From Spironucleus salmonicida (Eukaryota): a DNA stretch of 64,000 nt. Each line of letters opens with the position of its first letter. Position 1 is the stretch's first letter. Where the stretch lies: contig NC_090597.1 of assembly GCF_000497125.1 (NCBI RefSeq), forward strand, positions 445,797-509,796, read 5' to 3'. The notes beneath the pieces are model-generated. The model searched no databases. It saw nothing but the letters and a program-made list of their open reading frames with translations, and had not been told where the DNA came from. Made by a program: the position numbers and the translations under genes. Shown piece after piece: positions 13,536 to 26,891 of the stretch.

Positions 13536-14828
13536 TCACTGGTACAAATCAGGCTTGTCCTCCTGCTTCCTGTAGAGCACCTTGTCCTTCGCGTACAGGA
13601 AGTCCTCGAAACTGACGCTGTAGCTCCCCCTGCTGTTGAAGGCGTGCAGCCCCGCCTCGAGGCAGATCGCCTTGATATCCGCGCCGCTCATATCGCTTTT
13701 TGCGTTCAGAATCTCGTCGCTGCGCACGCCCTCCAGGCACATGTTACGCGTGTGAATCTCGAAGATCTTCTTGCGCTGCACGAAATTCGGGAGCGGGACG
13801 TAGATCTTCCTGTCCACCCTACCGGGCCGTATAAGCGCCGAATCGAGGCTCTGAATACGGTTCGTGGCCATAATGCACTTGATTTGGTCGTTCTGGTCGA
13901 ACCCGTCCAGCTGGTTCAGGAGCTCCAGGAGCGTGCGCTGGATCTCGCGCCCGCCGCCGCTGGAACTCTCGTAGCGCTTCGCTCCGACGGCGTCGATTTC
14001 GTCGATAAAAACGATGCTCGGCTGCAGGTCCCTGGCGGCCTTAAAGAGCTCCCGGACGAGCCGCGGGCCCTCGCCAGCGTAGCTTTATATCATTTCGCTT
14101 CCGGTGATGCGCAGGAACGCGCAGTCGGTCTCGTGCGCTGCCGCGCGCGCGAGGAGCGATTTTCCGGTTCCCGGCGGGCCGTAAAGAATGCAGGCCTTCG
14201 GGGGCACGACGCCGATTTCCTCGAAAATTTGAGGGTTTTTCAGGGGGATTTCGACGATTTCGCGCAGCTCCTGAATCTGCTCTTCCAGGCCGCCGCAGTC
14301 CGCGTAGGAGTCAGTGGGCTTCTTCTCGACTTTCATCGACTGGATCGCAGGGTCTGCGTCGTCCAGCTGGACGCCGACGACGACGTCCTTGTGCGCGTCC
14401 TGATTGAGGAAAATCTGGGCCCCTGGGATCAAAAGGGAGGAATCGACGATCGAGAGCGCTTTCGTGTAGATGGTTGGGCCGTAAGCTTTTTGGACTATCA
14501 TGTGGTCGTCGTCCACAAACTCCTAAAGTGTCGCTACGCCTTGTTGGCGGCCTTTGAGTTTTTCGATGGTTTCGGCGTTCAATTTAAGGGATTGTCTGTA
14601 GAAAGTTGTAGATGACACTCTGGTGACAAATTCGCGCTCTATTTGGAGCAAATCACGTGTTCTGAGGGCTCGCAGGAGGCGAAGTCGGCAAGGAAGCATT
14701 GGTGTAAGAACTGGTGGCTGGAACGACGATTAGGGAGTGGGAATAGCAATTCTGTGCGTGTTTCTATAAGTTTTGGGGTTGCGTGCGCGGCGTGGTTGCT
14801 TTTTAGGGGAGGAGGTATCAGTTCCCAT
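13536..14828 (-). CDS. RPT2: 26S proteasome regulatory AAA-ATPase subunit 4 (Rpt2), 430 aa
   Basis: MG start, PCRLRLL coiled-coil region, [26 protein letters not shown], Walker [33 protein letters not shown] single 1293-nt frame. Confidence 0.92.
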
Positions 14829-15174
14829 TAAGGGAATGTTAGAGGTTTCAAAGTTTAATAAATATAACAATAATATATGGTTTAATAGTGATATTATTTT
14901 ACTATAATTAATAATTTATAAATATATATTAATGCTTAAAATATTTTTTGGTAAGTACTATTTTAATATTAATGTTAAAAATATAAATTAATGTTATTAT
15001 CATTTCTTTGATAATGTTTCTGAATACAATATAAAGTACAATGTAATATAAAACAATTACTTAATTTTCCAATCAATGACCGATATTAAATTATATCTAG
15101 TATTTATTACTGTAAATAATTTATTAATTTATTATTGCTATTTTATCAGTTAGTATATATTTTAATATTAAAAA

Positions 15175-16377
15175 ATGACAAGTGCAACTTAATATCTAGA
15201 TGGAGCCGAAGGATTTATCTTGATATGTTTTATTGGCGAAGTTCTTCATTAATTTATATAAAAAGATATCATTCCACAATAAAACATACCCCTTAATATT
15301 ACATTATGGTCGAAATATGTCGAATCGTTCTACGTTATAGCAGGAATAAGAGCTTATTTATGGTCATAGATAAATATGGTAGGTCACATGAAACTCTTTT
15401 GTAAAAAATTTATTCACTACCAGATCACACATACATTGTTTTGTGTCTGCTTATACTATATTTCTTACAGTAATTATAGAGTTAACTGGTAGAATCTTTT
15501 AATTTTATAAAACTATTTTTAATCTAGAAATGATATTTTTGATTTGGGGGCCGTATTTGCGTAAATATTCTAAGGTTATAACATTATAATTTGTCTTTCT
15601 AAGAGTTATTTCGGGAAGTATGGAGTGGTATATTAGTATTTAACGATCTTCTCAATATTTTTACTGAGAATAATTTACATTACTAGAGCTATATACGTTA
15701 ACAATTATTATCACAATCCTTAAACTTTTACTGGTTAAGGATTGTAAGAATTGATGGCATTTATAATTGTATTTAGACTTAAGCACCATATTTAGACTAA
15801 CTAATTAGATTAAAAATATTTAACTAATACCAATACAATTTTCATAGATATTACGATTTTCGTATCAGTTGTAGTTTTATTCATTGTCTCTCGAGCAATA
15901 AATAACATTTACTAAGAAGGATAAATTTATTAACAAAAAATTATGGTGTGGTTGGCATATATACTTTTTAGGCCTGTCATTATAACTATACTTGGGATTT
16001 TAGCAATTTTAATCGAATACAGTAGCATTATTAAAAGCTTTTTGGAATAATATGCCTTTTCTAACCTAGTTTATCGTACTAGAATGTTCATTATGGTTTC
16101 TACTGGAATATTTTATTAACTTATGCTCTATTAAGCTAAGTACATTAAAATTGGTCCATATGATCAGTGTCTTAGTTTTATCGTTGTTATTGGAGCTATG
16201 ACAGTAATTCAGTTTACATCTATACTATTATTTGGACTGATGATGCCAATAATTTTACTTTTATTTAAAGTGTTTGATGATTTTTGTGAATAAATTAGCA
16301 ACCATATAATCCTTGTTAAGGCGAACTTACGTACAAAATCTATCTAAAAAGAACTAAATGCTGCAGGTAAGTAGTGA
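15175..16377 (+). CDS. Multi-pass membrane protein, acyltransferase-3 (OafA/NRF-6-like) family resemblance, 400 aa
   Basis: TGA-free 1203-nt frame ending TAG-TGA, with many hydrophobic segments. Motifs YLDGAEG (cf. LDGLRG), FYVIAG (cf. FFVISG) and NLLILQNYF occur in the expected order. Confidence 0.6.
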
Positions 16378-16945
16378 GTATTGATTAAAATCGTTATTAT
16401 AGTCCTATTTTATTTTATACAAGCGCCTACTATAGGTTCAAAGACTTATTAGCTTTAGGTAGTTTAACAATTTAACCATCGTCGCGCCCTTACGAAAATT
16501 AGGCACCTTTATCTATTTCATGCCATAAATAACGCTCACCGCCATCCCTATTGTGCAATAACTAAATTTCATATCTGATTTCATTTCATTCCACTAGGCT
16601 TCACTTTGCACTAAAGCTCAGCGAGAACCGATATTTCTAGGTGCTCAACGCGTCTAAAAGTTGTTTGTAGGCTGATCAGCCACCATTCACCGTTAAATCC
16701 CGTAATACCACCTTACTCCGATCACAACCACACACGTTAAATGCATTTCACCTTGAACTCCCCAGCACCGCTAAATCAGCCTCCTGAAAGTACAATTTGC
16801 GCTCTGGCCACTAAATCTTCTAAATCCTACACATACACTCATAATTACCCGTTTAACCACGCTCCTAAACCCATATTCCCTCCAAACGCCCCCATCCCCC
16901 CATGCACCATTTCGCGCACTTTCTCTCATTCCAACCTAAATATCT

Positions 16946-17102
16946 ATTATTATACACAACCCATCAATTATCTCTCCCTTCCGAAACTCCTAAAAAACTC
17001 CCACCCCCCATTATTATACACAACCCATCAATTATCTCCCCCTTCCTCCCCCTTCCGAAACTCGTAAAAACCCCATCCCCCCATTATTATACACAACCCA
17101 CC
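16946..17102. repeat. Imperfect direct repeat (~65-75 bp, about 2.5 copies)
   Basis: ATTATTATACACAACCCA occurs three times, separated by C-rich CCTTCCGAAACTC segments. Confidence 0.7.
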
Positions 17103-17124
17103 AACAATAAAAAAATGTAAACCC

Positions 17125-18897
17125 TCACATTCCAAGCGCGCTCTTCACCTCAAAAAGCTCCGCCATCGCCCTAACGTCCGAACGCGCCAGAACCCTCGAA
17201 ATGTCGCCGTTGGCTCTCGCAGCGCCAATTTTTTTCAGAAACGCAACGCAAAGCGCGTCCAAACTCGTCCTTGCGACCTGCTGCGAAACGCGCAATTTTG
17301 ACGCCTCCGGGCCGTCCCGCAAAACGCCTGAAACGAGCTGCGTAAGAACATCTGAGTCAAGAAATTCTACAGCAAAAGGAACGGAAAATTTTACGTAATC
17401 GACCAAAATACTCAAAACGCTCAAAATCGAAACGTGAATTATCGAGTTTTCGGGGTTCGAAACGGCCTGAAAAACCATTTTCTTAATGATTCCGGAGGCG
17501 ATAATTTTCGAAATTATTAGCTCTACGCTGCCAGCGCAAATCTCGCCGTTTGGGCCGAAAAGATGCGCCGAATTGATCTTCTTTACCGGCCCCTTATCGC
17601 TTATCTGGGAGACGAAATTCTGGTCGAATTTGAAGCCCGTAGAATCCGTCAGGTGCTAATAAATATCCTGAAAAATGAAACTGAAGCCGATAACAAAAGG
17701 AAGGGGAAAAATACTCGTTATATCAGTTGAATTTTTTTTACTCGTTATATCAGTTGTAGAATAATATTCAGTCATATATAATATAGCTTATTCAGGTTTA
17801 AATTATCTGTTCAAAAGCAGCGTTTCCTTGTCCTTTATGGCCTCAAAAACGCTCTCCTGGATGCGAAAAAGCTCAGAAATCACGCTGCAGCTGTGAATGA
17901 TGAAAAGGTTCTCTTATTTGCTCTCTGAGGGGGTCATTTAGGCGTCCAGAAAACGGTCAATTACGAGAATTGCGCAGCTCACAATTCGGTCCACAAACTG
18001 CGCGAAAACGGCGCTTTCGTCCGGAATTTCGGCCAAAATTCCGCCCCGAACGGCGTACTTGACCGTTATCGCGACGATTGCGAAGAGGTTTTTCACGTTT
18101 TAACTGTTGAATTTCGAGTCGATTTTCTGCAAAATTTCGATGCAATTTTCCATTATTTCCCTGCGGACCTCAAAATTGATTTCCGACTGCAGAAAACTTT
18201 GGCAGATGAAAGAGACGTGAACGAGCTCCTCGAAAGCGGCGTTTTCCTGAAGAAAAAGTTAGAAAAGCTGCTAAATGAAGTTTGAGGATATAAGAATATT
18301 TTGTTATATCAGTTGCTGCTCAGCTGAGTCGATTTTGAAGATGTAATGGAGCGTTTCCGTGATCGGAGCGGACTGAATCGCCTGCGTGAAGTAGCTCATA
18401 ATCTGAAGGTTTGCGAGCAGGAAATTCAGGATTCTGAGCTTGCGCTGCGGCTTCGAAATTAGCGTGTAGACGGCGCGGCAGAAGTTTTCGGCGGAGGCGA
18501 GGCTGACGCGTCGCGCCGCCGGCGGCAGTGATGGAAGCTGCTGCAGAGCGTAAAATTGCATGTTGTCGCTGTCGTAGGGCAGCAGGATGTCGAAGAGCGC
18601 GTTTAAGAGCGATTCTGAGGTCGAAATTTAGTCCATGAGCTGCGGGATGTCTGCGACGATTACGTCGTTCGCTGCGGCAGAAAGTGCTTGTTCTGGCGCA
18701 TTTAGGAGCTGGATGAGCGCCTGGAGCGTTGCTGGGGCTGCGAGGTACGAAATGACCTGTGGCGTTGGCTGCGCAAGTTCGGCGCGCAGGCGGTCGGAGC
18801 GCAGCAGCGCGGGAAGGTCGTCGTTTGCGATATGCTGCAGAAGCTCCCGGTTGTCCGGCTGCTGCGTGTAAATCATGTTCCAGAACATCGCTGACAT
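17125..18897 (-). CDS. SIT4 phosphatase-associated (SAPS/PP6 regulatory) family protein, 590 aa
   Basis: N-terminus MSAMFW...DDLPALLRSDRLRAELAQPTPQVISYL...LQALIQLL matches the SAPS N-terminal pattern. Frame checked free of TGA over 1773 nt. Confidence 0.7.
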
Positions 18898-18998
18898 TTG
18901 ATTGGGAGTGGTGGAGTGGGGAGGTAATTTATAATGTATAATAATTTTAATTAATAGGAAAAATTTATGTATAGGATTATGTATAATAATAGTATAAT

Positions 18999-19433
18999 TC
19001 ACAAAGTCAGGTGGTAGATTTTCCTTGATTGGTAATTTATTTCGGTTTGAATGTAGGTGGTGAGCTGGAGTCCATCCTCAAAGTTCCAGATTATGTGCTT
19101 CACGCCTTTCGTGAAGTCATCGTGGCCGAGGTTTCTGACGTATCTGATCATAAAGTCGATGTTCTCGATCGTGGGGGCAATTTGGACAAATGACAGGTTA
19201 TGAAATCTAAAACACAGCATATCCTACTGTATTTTGAATATCTGCTTTATGTCCGTCGGGCGGCACTGGAACTGAAAATCATGCGCACACTCGAACAGGG
19301 ATACGTTCTGCACAAAATCGTAAAACGTGTGATCCAGCCAACGCATTACCTGCGATTTTTGGTGTGTAGAGATATTAATATAAAGCTGCCTCTTGAAAAT
19401 ATCCACATTAATGCCTTTTTCTACCAATTTCAT
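18999..19433 (-). CDS. Hypothetical protein, 144 aa
   Basis: Two track ORFs joined by one TAG=Gln; ATG at 19433, TGA at 18999. Confidence 0.65.
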
Positions 19434-20848
19434 ACAAAAAAGTAGGATGAAAAAATTATTAATTATAATATATTATATAATATATACTGGCTTTATACGG
19501 AATTTGTAGGAAAATATTATTATTATTATTATATATATATATATTATAACTTAAATTGCTATTTACTGTAAATATGAGATACGTTTTATTATGGCGATAC
19601 ACACTTAGCACATTCGATAATTTACCATTGTTATAACAATATTTCACCCCACGCATAATATCAATTCCCACATTCCCTGAAAAGTTTCTCTTCGGCACAT
19701 ATATGGATGGCATCGAGCATAGCTAATCAAAAGCCTGAATAGACGGTCAGATATAGTATGCACATATATAGGCTTCTGTATCACAGATAAAAACGGCGTT
19801 TTAAGGTGCTCCTGTGAGTAAAATTTAAGCCAACTCAAAAATACTAAGCATGCAGAGACACAATAGAACCAGAAAACAGTGAATGCCGTTATATAGATTG
19901 AATCAAAAACAAAATAATTCGTGCGAATTACAGACGATGTATAAAATATATGTGAATGCACGAATGGCTTTTACCTGAGATAAAGCTTTGAAGACTGCTT
20001 GGGCGAATGCATAATCTATAGCGGCTACAGCTAATATGTTTGAAACTTGATATACAAGAGTAAGTAACCCGTACCAAAAGTAGGGCTCGGCCGGCTTCGG
20101 TTTAAACAACGGAAAGTCATGGCTCTGGTCGCAACGCGGTCATAAAAATGACTGTGGCGGTTTTGAAACTGGAGAGTACTGGTTCCTGTTTTTACTGATT
20201 ACTCAAAATCATACTTTCTATATACCTAAAACAAAATTGTCGGAATAGTAAAATTATTATGCCAAATTTAATTACATGTATTATAAATCATACCAATTAG
20301 TCTGTCATTTTATTAGATGTGCGAGATAATTTATTAAATGTTACAATGAAGCATAATAATACATCTACTGTTATAAGTATTGATTTAAACTATATATATA
20401 TAAACTAAAATTATTAAAATATATATAGCACCAATAAATAAAAATATATGCATTTAGTTTCTTTTTACATAATTAGTTATTCTTACTAATTATAATTTTA
20501 AAAATTTAGTTTTTAATATTTACTATTATATATTTATTCACTAGTTAGAATTATTAATTAAACTTATTATCAATTTATATTATCTGCAATATATTTTACT
20601 ACGAAGATTTACCGTAAAATTTATTCAATATACTATTAAACCCCTAGCATATTCAAATGATTGCAAATTTTATTCGATCTGCGCTTATATTCCCTAATAT
20701 CAACAAAAACACCTTTCCACTTGTTGCAGTTTTTATTTACTAATAACTAATTGCCAATTGCGTTCTATAGTGTAGTTGAATATATCCTAAAAATAACTCT
20801 GCTAATTTAGTACTTTCGCGCGTTATTAGTTTCCGAAGTCATTTTAAA

Positions 20849-22648
20849 ATGTCCGTCTTCACATGCCCAGATAACATCTGCCCATTCGGCACTGTTTGCC
20901 CAACTGCTACGCCAGACGGGTCCCAGACTACCTGTAAAGCGTGCGACCGCTTCAAATGCGGAATCTGCGATCCCGAGAACACGGCAGTTTGCATCGGCTG
21001 CCCCCCTGGCAAGTTTCTGGTGGACAATAGCTGCGAATACTGCTCTTTCGGCTGCGAGAGTTGCTCAGACAGCAAACACTGCATGAAGTGCGAACCGGGC
21101 AGGTTCCTCGAAGACAATTACTGCTCAACGTGCGGTCCAGATTGCGATTCGTGCGCCTCTAGCACGGTATGTAATACCTGCAAACAGGGCTACTTTTTGA
21201 CACCTGACCACACTTGCTAGAAATGCGTCGCCGGGTGCGCGGAGTGCTAGATGCCATAGCAGTGCACCAGGTGCGCGTCCGGGTTCCACTCCGTGGGCCA
21301 GACGTGCTAGCCCTGCCAGGAGAGGTGTGAAGAGTGCTCTAGCAGCACGAATTGCACGAGATGCGCGCCCTCAGCCAGCCTCAAAAACAGCCTATGCGTA
21401 TCCTGCGTACCGCACTGCGCCAAATGCTCAGAGGCTGGCAGTTGTGTTACCTGCGGAGACGGCTACGTCCTATAAAACTCCACCTGCGTGTCATGCGGGC
21501 CGCACTGCCGCGCCTGCAGCGCCGTTGGCGAGTGCCTGCTCTGCGAGAAGGACTACACGCTAGCAGTTCGTGGCGATGAGACGATATGCCGCTACACCGA
21601 ATGCGACAAGTTGAACCCATGCAAGACCGGGAAGTACTGCCTCGCGGAGCGCGGCGGCAACTACTGCTTCACGCTGGAGCCGAACTGCATCGCGCTGAGC
21701 GGTTTCCGCGTCTGCAGCCAGTGCGCCCCCCACTACGCAAGCTACATGAACGGATGCGAGAAGTGCGCGCCCAACTGCGAGTACTGCTTGAATGACCGCG
21801 TGTGCCAGAACTGCTTCGAGCGCTACTTTGTGAACGAAAAAAGCATCTGCGAGCGGTGTGCGCCAGGGTGCAAATTCTGCGTCAACGGCGCGACATGCTA
21901 CGAGTGCCTCCCCGGGTACGCGCTCGCGGACGGCATCTGCGAAAAGCTGGAGAAAAGCGAGTGCCGCAGCAGCACGGATTGCCCTACCCAGAGCTTCTGC
22001 CTCTAAATTCCTCAGTTTTCGAGCTGCGAGACGTGCATTGCCAACTGCGAGAGGTGCTCCAGCTTCAACACCTGCGAGGTTTGCGCGCCGGGATTCGTCT
22101 TCCAGAATAATGCCTGCGTGCGCTGCCCGTCAGGCTGCGCCAGTTGCTACGACGCAGACACGTGTGTTCAGTGCGATCGCGGGTATACTTTTGACGCTAA
22201 TTTTGTGTGCGAGAAGTGTACGAGCGCAGCATCATGTGAGGCGTGCGAGAGCGGCTACTAGCTGCAGAACGGCTCTGAGTGCGTCTATCGCGGGTGCGCA
22301 GGCGAGAAGCAGTGCGGAGTTGGCGAGTTCTGCGAGGCGACTAATAACGTAGAGCAGTGTTAGGATTGTGAGACTGGCTGCGGGGGCTGTTTGGCCCGTG
22401 AAACTTGCAATTGGTGCGAGATTGGCTATCAGCTTGTCGATGGAAGATGCGAACAGTCCGTTCAAAAGGCAAGTGCTGGAGTGGCTTGGCTATTAACTGC
22501 TGTGATAAGTGTCATTGTTGCATGCATTGTGGGAGGGGTTGCTTACTTAGTTGTGAAGATGGGTAAAAATAAGGCGTTAAAGATGGGAATATAGAAAGAC
22601 TTATATGAAGAAAACAGTGGTATTAGGACGCAATAACCATAAGAGTGA
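20849..22648 (+). CDS. Cysteine-rich membrane protein (CxxC/furin-like repeats), 599 aa, array copy 1
   Basis: MSVFTCPDNICP... joined via TAR=Gln; TM VAWLLTAVISVIVACIVGGVAYLVV; stop GAG-TGA at 22646-22648. Confidence 0.9.
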
Positions 22649-23870
22649 CCGGGATAAGTACCTTAGGCTATATCAAAGTAACTCAGAAAATGCTGTTGTT
22701 TTTGGGAGCAGGCTATCCGTGCCAAGCCTAGTTATTTATGCACCAAATGTGTTATTCGAATCATTCAACTAAATACATGAAAAGGATACGGGTGACTAGT
22801 TTAAGCGTAGAAGCTGACTAATTTTATAATAAAATCACAATATTACTACTTAGATTTCAAATGCTTTGAGGTTATGTTTAATAACAATATTAAATGTTAT
22901 GCTTAAAAATTGGGCGTATTAAAGTGATAAAGCTTTTGATTTAGACACGAAAATCCGTAAAGAAATACTTTAAATTAATTTTATAGAGCGTATAGAAAAT
23001 CATTATAAAACTCTTGCCTTGTGAGGATTATAGTCACCTTAATCTTTTATAATTTCATCAGAACTTTTGAACTATACAGTATTACGTAACCCGTACCAAA
23101 AGTAGGGCTCGGCCGGCTTCGGTTTAAACAACGGAAAGTCATGGCTCTGGTCGCAACGCGGTCATAAAAATGACTGTGGCGGTTTTGAAACTGGAGAGTA
23201 CTGGTTCCTGTTTTTACTGATTACTCAAAATCATACTTTCTATATACCTAAAACAAAATTGTCGGAATAGTAAAATTATTATGCCAAATTTAATTACATG
23301 TATTATAAATCATACCAATTAGTCTGTCATTTTATTAGATGTGCGAGATAATTTATTAAATGTTACAATGAAGCATAATAATACATCTACTGTTATAAGT
23401 ATTGATTTAAACTATATATATATAAACTAAAATTATTAAAATATATATAGCACCAATAAATAAAAATATATGCATTTAGTTTCTTTTTACATAATTAGTT
23501 ATTCTTACTAATTATAATTTTAAAAATTTAGTTTTTAATATTTACTATTATATATTTATTCACTAGTTAGAATTATTAATTAAACTTATTATCAATTTAT
23601 ATTATCTGCAATATATTTTACTACGAAGATTTACCGTAAAATTTATTCAATATACTATTAAACCCCTAGCATATTCAAATGATTGCAAATTTTATTCGAT
23701 CTGCGCTTATATTCCCTAATATCAACAAAAACACCTTTCCACTTGTTGCAGTTTTTATTTACTAATAACTAATTGCCAATTGCGTTCTATAGTGTAGTTG
23801 AATATATCCTAAAAATAACTCTGCTAATTTAGTACTTTCGCGCGTTATTAGTTTCCGAAGTCATTTTAAA

Positions 23871-25670
23871 ATGTCCGTCTTCACATGCCCAGATAACATC
23901 TGCCCATTCGGCACTGTTTGCCCAACTGCTACGCCAGACGGGTCCCAGACTACCTGTAAAGCGTGCGACCGCTTCAAATGCGGAATCTGCGATCCCGAGA
24001 ACACGGCAGTTTGCATCGGCTGCCCCCCTGGCAAGTTTCTGGTGGACAATAGCTGCGAATACTGCTCTTTCGGCTGCGAGAGTTGCTCAGACAGCAAACA
24101 CTGCATGAAGTGCGAACCGGGCAGGTTCCTCGAAGACAATTACTGCTCAACGTGCGGTCCAGATTGCGATTCGTGCGCCTCTAGCACGGTATGTAATACC
24201 TGCAAACAGGGCTACTTTTTGACACCTGACCACACTTGCTAGAAATGCGTCGCCGGGTGCGCGGAGTGCTAGATGCCATAGCAGTGCACCAGGTGCGCGT
24301 CCGGGTTCCACTCCGTGGGCCAGACGTGCTAGCCCTGCCAGGAGAGGTGTGAAGAGTGCTCTAGCAGCACGAATTGCACGAGATGCGCGCCCTCAGCCAG
24401 CCTCAAAAACAGCCTATGCGTATCCTGCGTACCGCACTGCGCCAAATGCTCAGAGGCTGGCAGTTGTGTTACCTGCGGAGACGGCTACGTCCTATAAAAC
24501 TCCACCTGCGTGTCATGCGGGCCGCACTGCCGCGCCTGCAGCGCCGTTGGCGAGTGCCTGCTCTGCGAGAAAGACTACACGCTAGCAGTTCGTGGCGATG
24601 AGACGATATGCCGCTACACCGAATGCGACAAGTTGAACCCATGCAAGACCGGGAAGTACTGCCTCGCGGAGCGCGGCGGCAACTACTGCTTCACGCTGGA
24701 GCCGAACTGCATCGCGCTGAGCGGTTTCCGCGTCTGCAGCCAGTGCGCCCCCCACTACGCAAGCTACATGAACGGATGCGAGAAGTGCGCGCCCAACTGC
24801 GAGTACTGCTTGAATGACCGCGTGTGCCAGAACTGCTTCGAGCGCTACTTTGTGAACGAAAAAAGCATCTGCGAGCGGTGTGCGCCAGGGTGCAAATTCT
24901 GCGTCAACGGCGCGACATGCTACGAGTGCCTCCCCGGGTACGCGCTCGCGGACGGCATCTGCGAAAAGCTGGAGAAAAGCGAGTGCCGCAGCAGCACGGA
25001 TTGCCCTACCCAGAGCTTCTGCCTCTAAATTCCTCAGTTTTCGAGCTGCGAGACGTGCATTGCCAACTGCGAGAGGTGCTCCAGCTTCAACACCTGCGAG
25101 GTTTGCGCGCCGGGATTCGTCTTCCAGAATAATGCCTGCGTGCGCTGCCCGTCAGGCTGCGCCAGTTGCTACGACGCAGACACGTGTGTTCAGTGCGATC
25201 GCGGGTATACTTTTGACGCTAATTTTGTGTGCGAGAAGTGTACGAGCGCAGCATCATGTGAGGCGTGCGAGAGCGGCTACTAGCTGCAGAACGGCTCTGA
25301 GTGCGTCTATCGCGGGTGCGCAGGCGAGAAGCAGTGCGGAGTTGGCGAGTTCTGCGAGGCGACTAATAACGTAGAGCAGTGTTAGGATTGTGAGACTGGC
25401 TGCGGGGGCTGTTTGGCCCGTGAAACTTGCAATTGGTGCGAGATTGGCTATCAGCTTGTCGATGGAAGATGCGAACAGTCCGTTCAAAAGGCAAGTGCTG
25501 GAGTGGCTTGGCTATTAACTGCTGTGATAAGTGTCATTGTTGCATGCATTGTGGGAGGGGTTGCTTACTTAGTTGTGAAGATGGGTAAAAATAAGGCGTT
25601 AAGGATGGGAATATAGAAAGACTTATATGAAGAAAACAGTGGTATTAGGACGCAATAACCATAAGAGTGA
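23871..25670 (+). CDS. Cysteine-rich membrane protein, array copy 2
   Basis: Near-identical to 20849-22648. Confidence 0.9.
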
Positions 25671-26891
25671 CCGGGATAAGTACCTTAGGCTATATCAAAG
25701 TAACTCAGAAAATGCTGTTGTTTTTGGGAGCAGGCTATCCGTGCCAAGCCTAGTTATTTATGCACCAAATGTGTTATTTGAATCATTCAACTAAATACAT
25801 GAAAAGGATACGGGTGACTAGTTTAAGCGTAGAAGCTGACTAATTTTATAATAAAATCACAATATTACTACTTAGATTTCAAATGCTTTGAGGTTATGTT
25901 TAATAACAATATTAAATGTTATGCTTAAAAATTGGGCGTATTAAAGTGATAAAGCTTTTGATTTAGACACGAAAATCCGTAAAGAAATACTTTAAATTAA
26001 TTTTATAGAGCGTATAGAAAATCATTATAAAACTCTTGCCTTGTGAGGATTATAGTCACCTTAATCTTTTATAATTTCATCAGAACTTTTGAACTATACA
26101 GTATTACGTAACCCTACCAAAAGTAGGGCTCGGCCGGCTTCGGTTTAAACAACGGAAAGTCATGGCTCTGGTCGCAACGCGGTCATAAAAATGACTGTGG
26201 CGGTTTTGAAACTGGAGAGTACTGGTTCCTGTTTTTACTGATTACTCAAAATCATACTTTCTATATACCTAAAACAAAATTGTCGGAATAGTAAAATTAT
26301 TATGCCAAATTTAATTACATGTATTATAAATCATACCAATTAGTCTGTCATTTTATTAGATGTGCGAGATAATTTATTAAATGTTACAATGAAGCATAAT
26401 AATACATCTACTGTTATAAGTATTGATTTAAACTATATATATATAAACTAAAATTATTAAAATATATATAGCACCAATAAATAAAAATATATGCATTTAG
26501 TTTCTTTTTACATAATTAGTTATTCTTACTAATTATAATTTTAAAAATTTAGTTTTTAATATTTACTATTATATATTTATTCACTAGTTAGAATTATTAA
26601 TTAAACTTATTATCAATTTATATTATCTGCAATATATTTTACTACGAAGATTTACCGTAAAATTTATTCAATATACTATTAAACCCCTAGCATATTCAAA
26701 TGATTGCAAATTTTATTCGATCTGCGCTTATATTCCCTAATATCAACAAAAACACCTTTCCACTTGTTGCAGTTTTTATTTACTAATAACTAATTGCCAA
26801 TTGCGTTCTATAGTGTAGTTGAATATATCCTAAAAATAACTCTGCTAATTTAGTACTTTCGCGCGTTATTAGTTTCCGAAGTCATTTTAAA

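Noticed and set aside
14580-14600. Suspected frameshift in the Rpt2 N-terminus
   Set aside because: Recounting shows a continuous 1293-nt frame.
13644-14615. 323-aa plus-strand ORF
   Set aside because: Antisense shadow of Rpt2.
16400-16920. Possible second decayed gene on the minus strand
   Set aside because: Raised GC, but no convincing peptide motif in the frames I read.
19459-20060. Overlapping short minus-strand ORFs left of the array
   Set aside because: TGA-interrupted with no clear start; probably the decayed left part of the boundary element, so not called as a gene.
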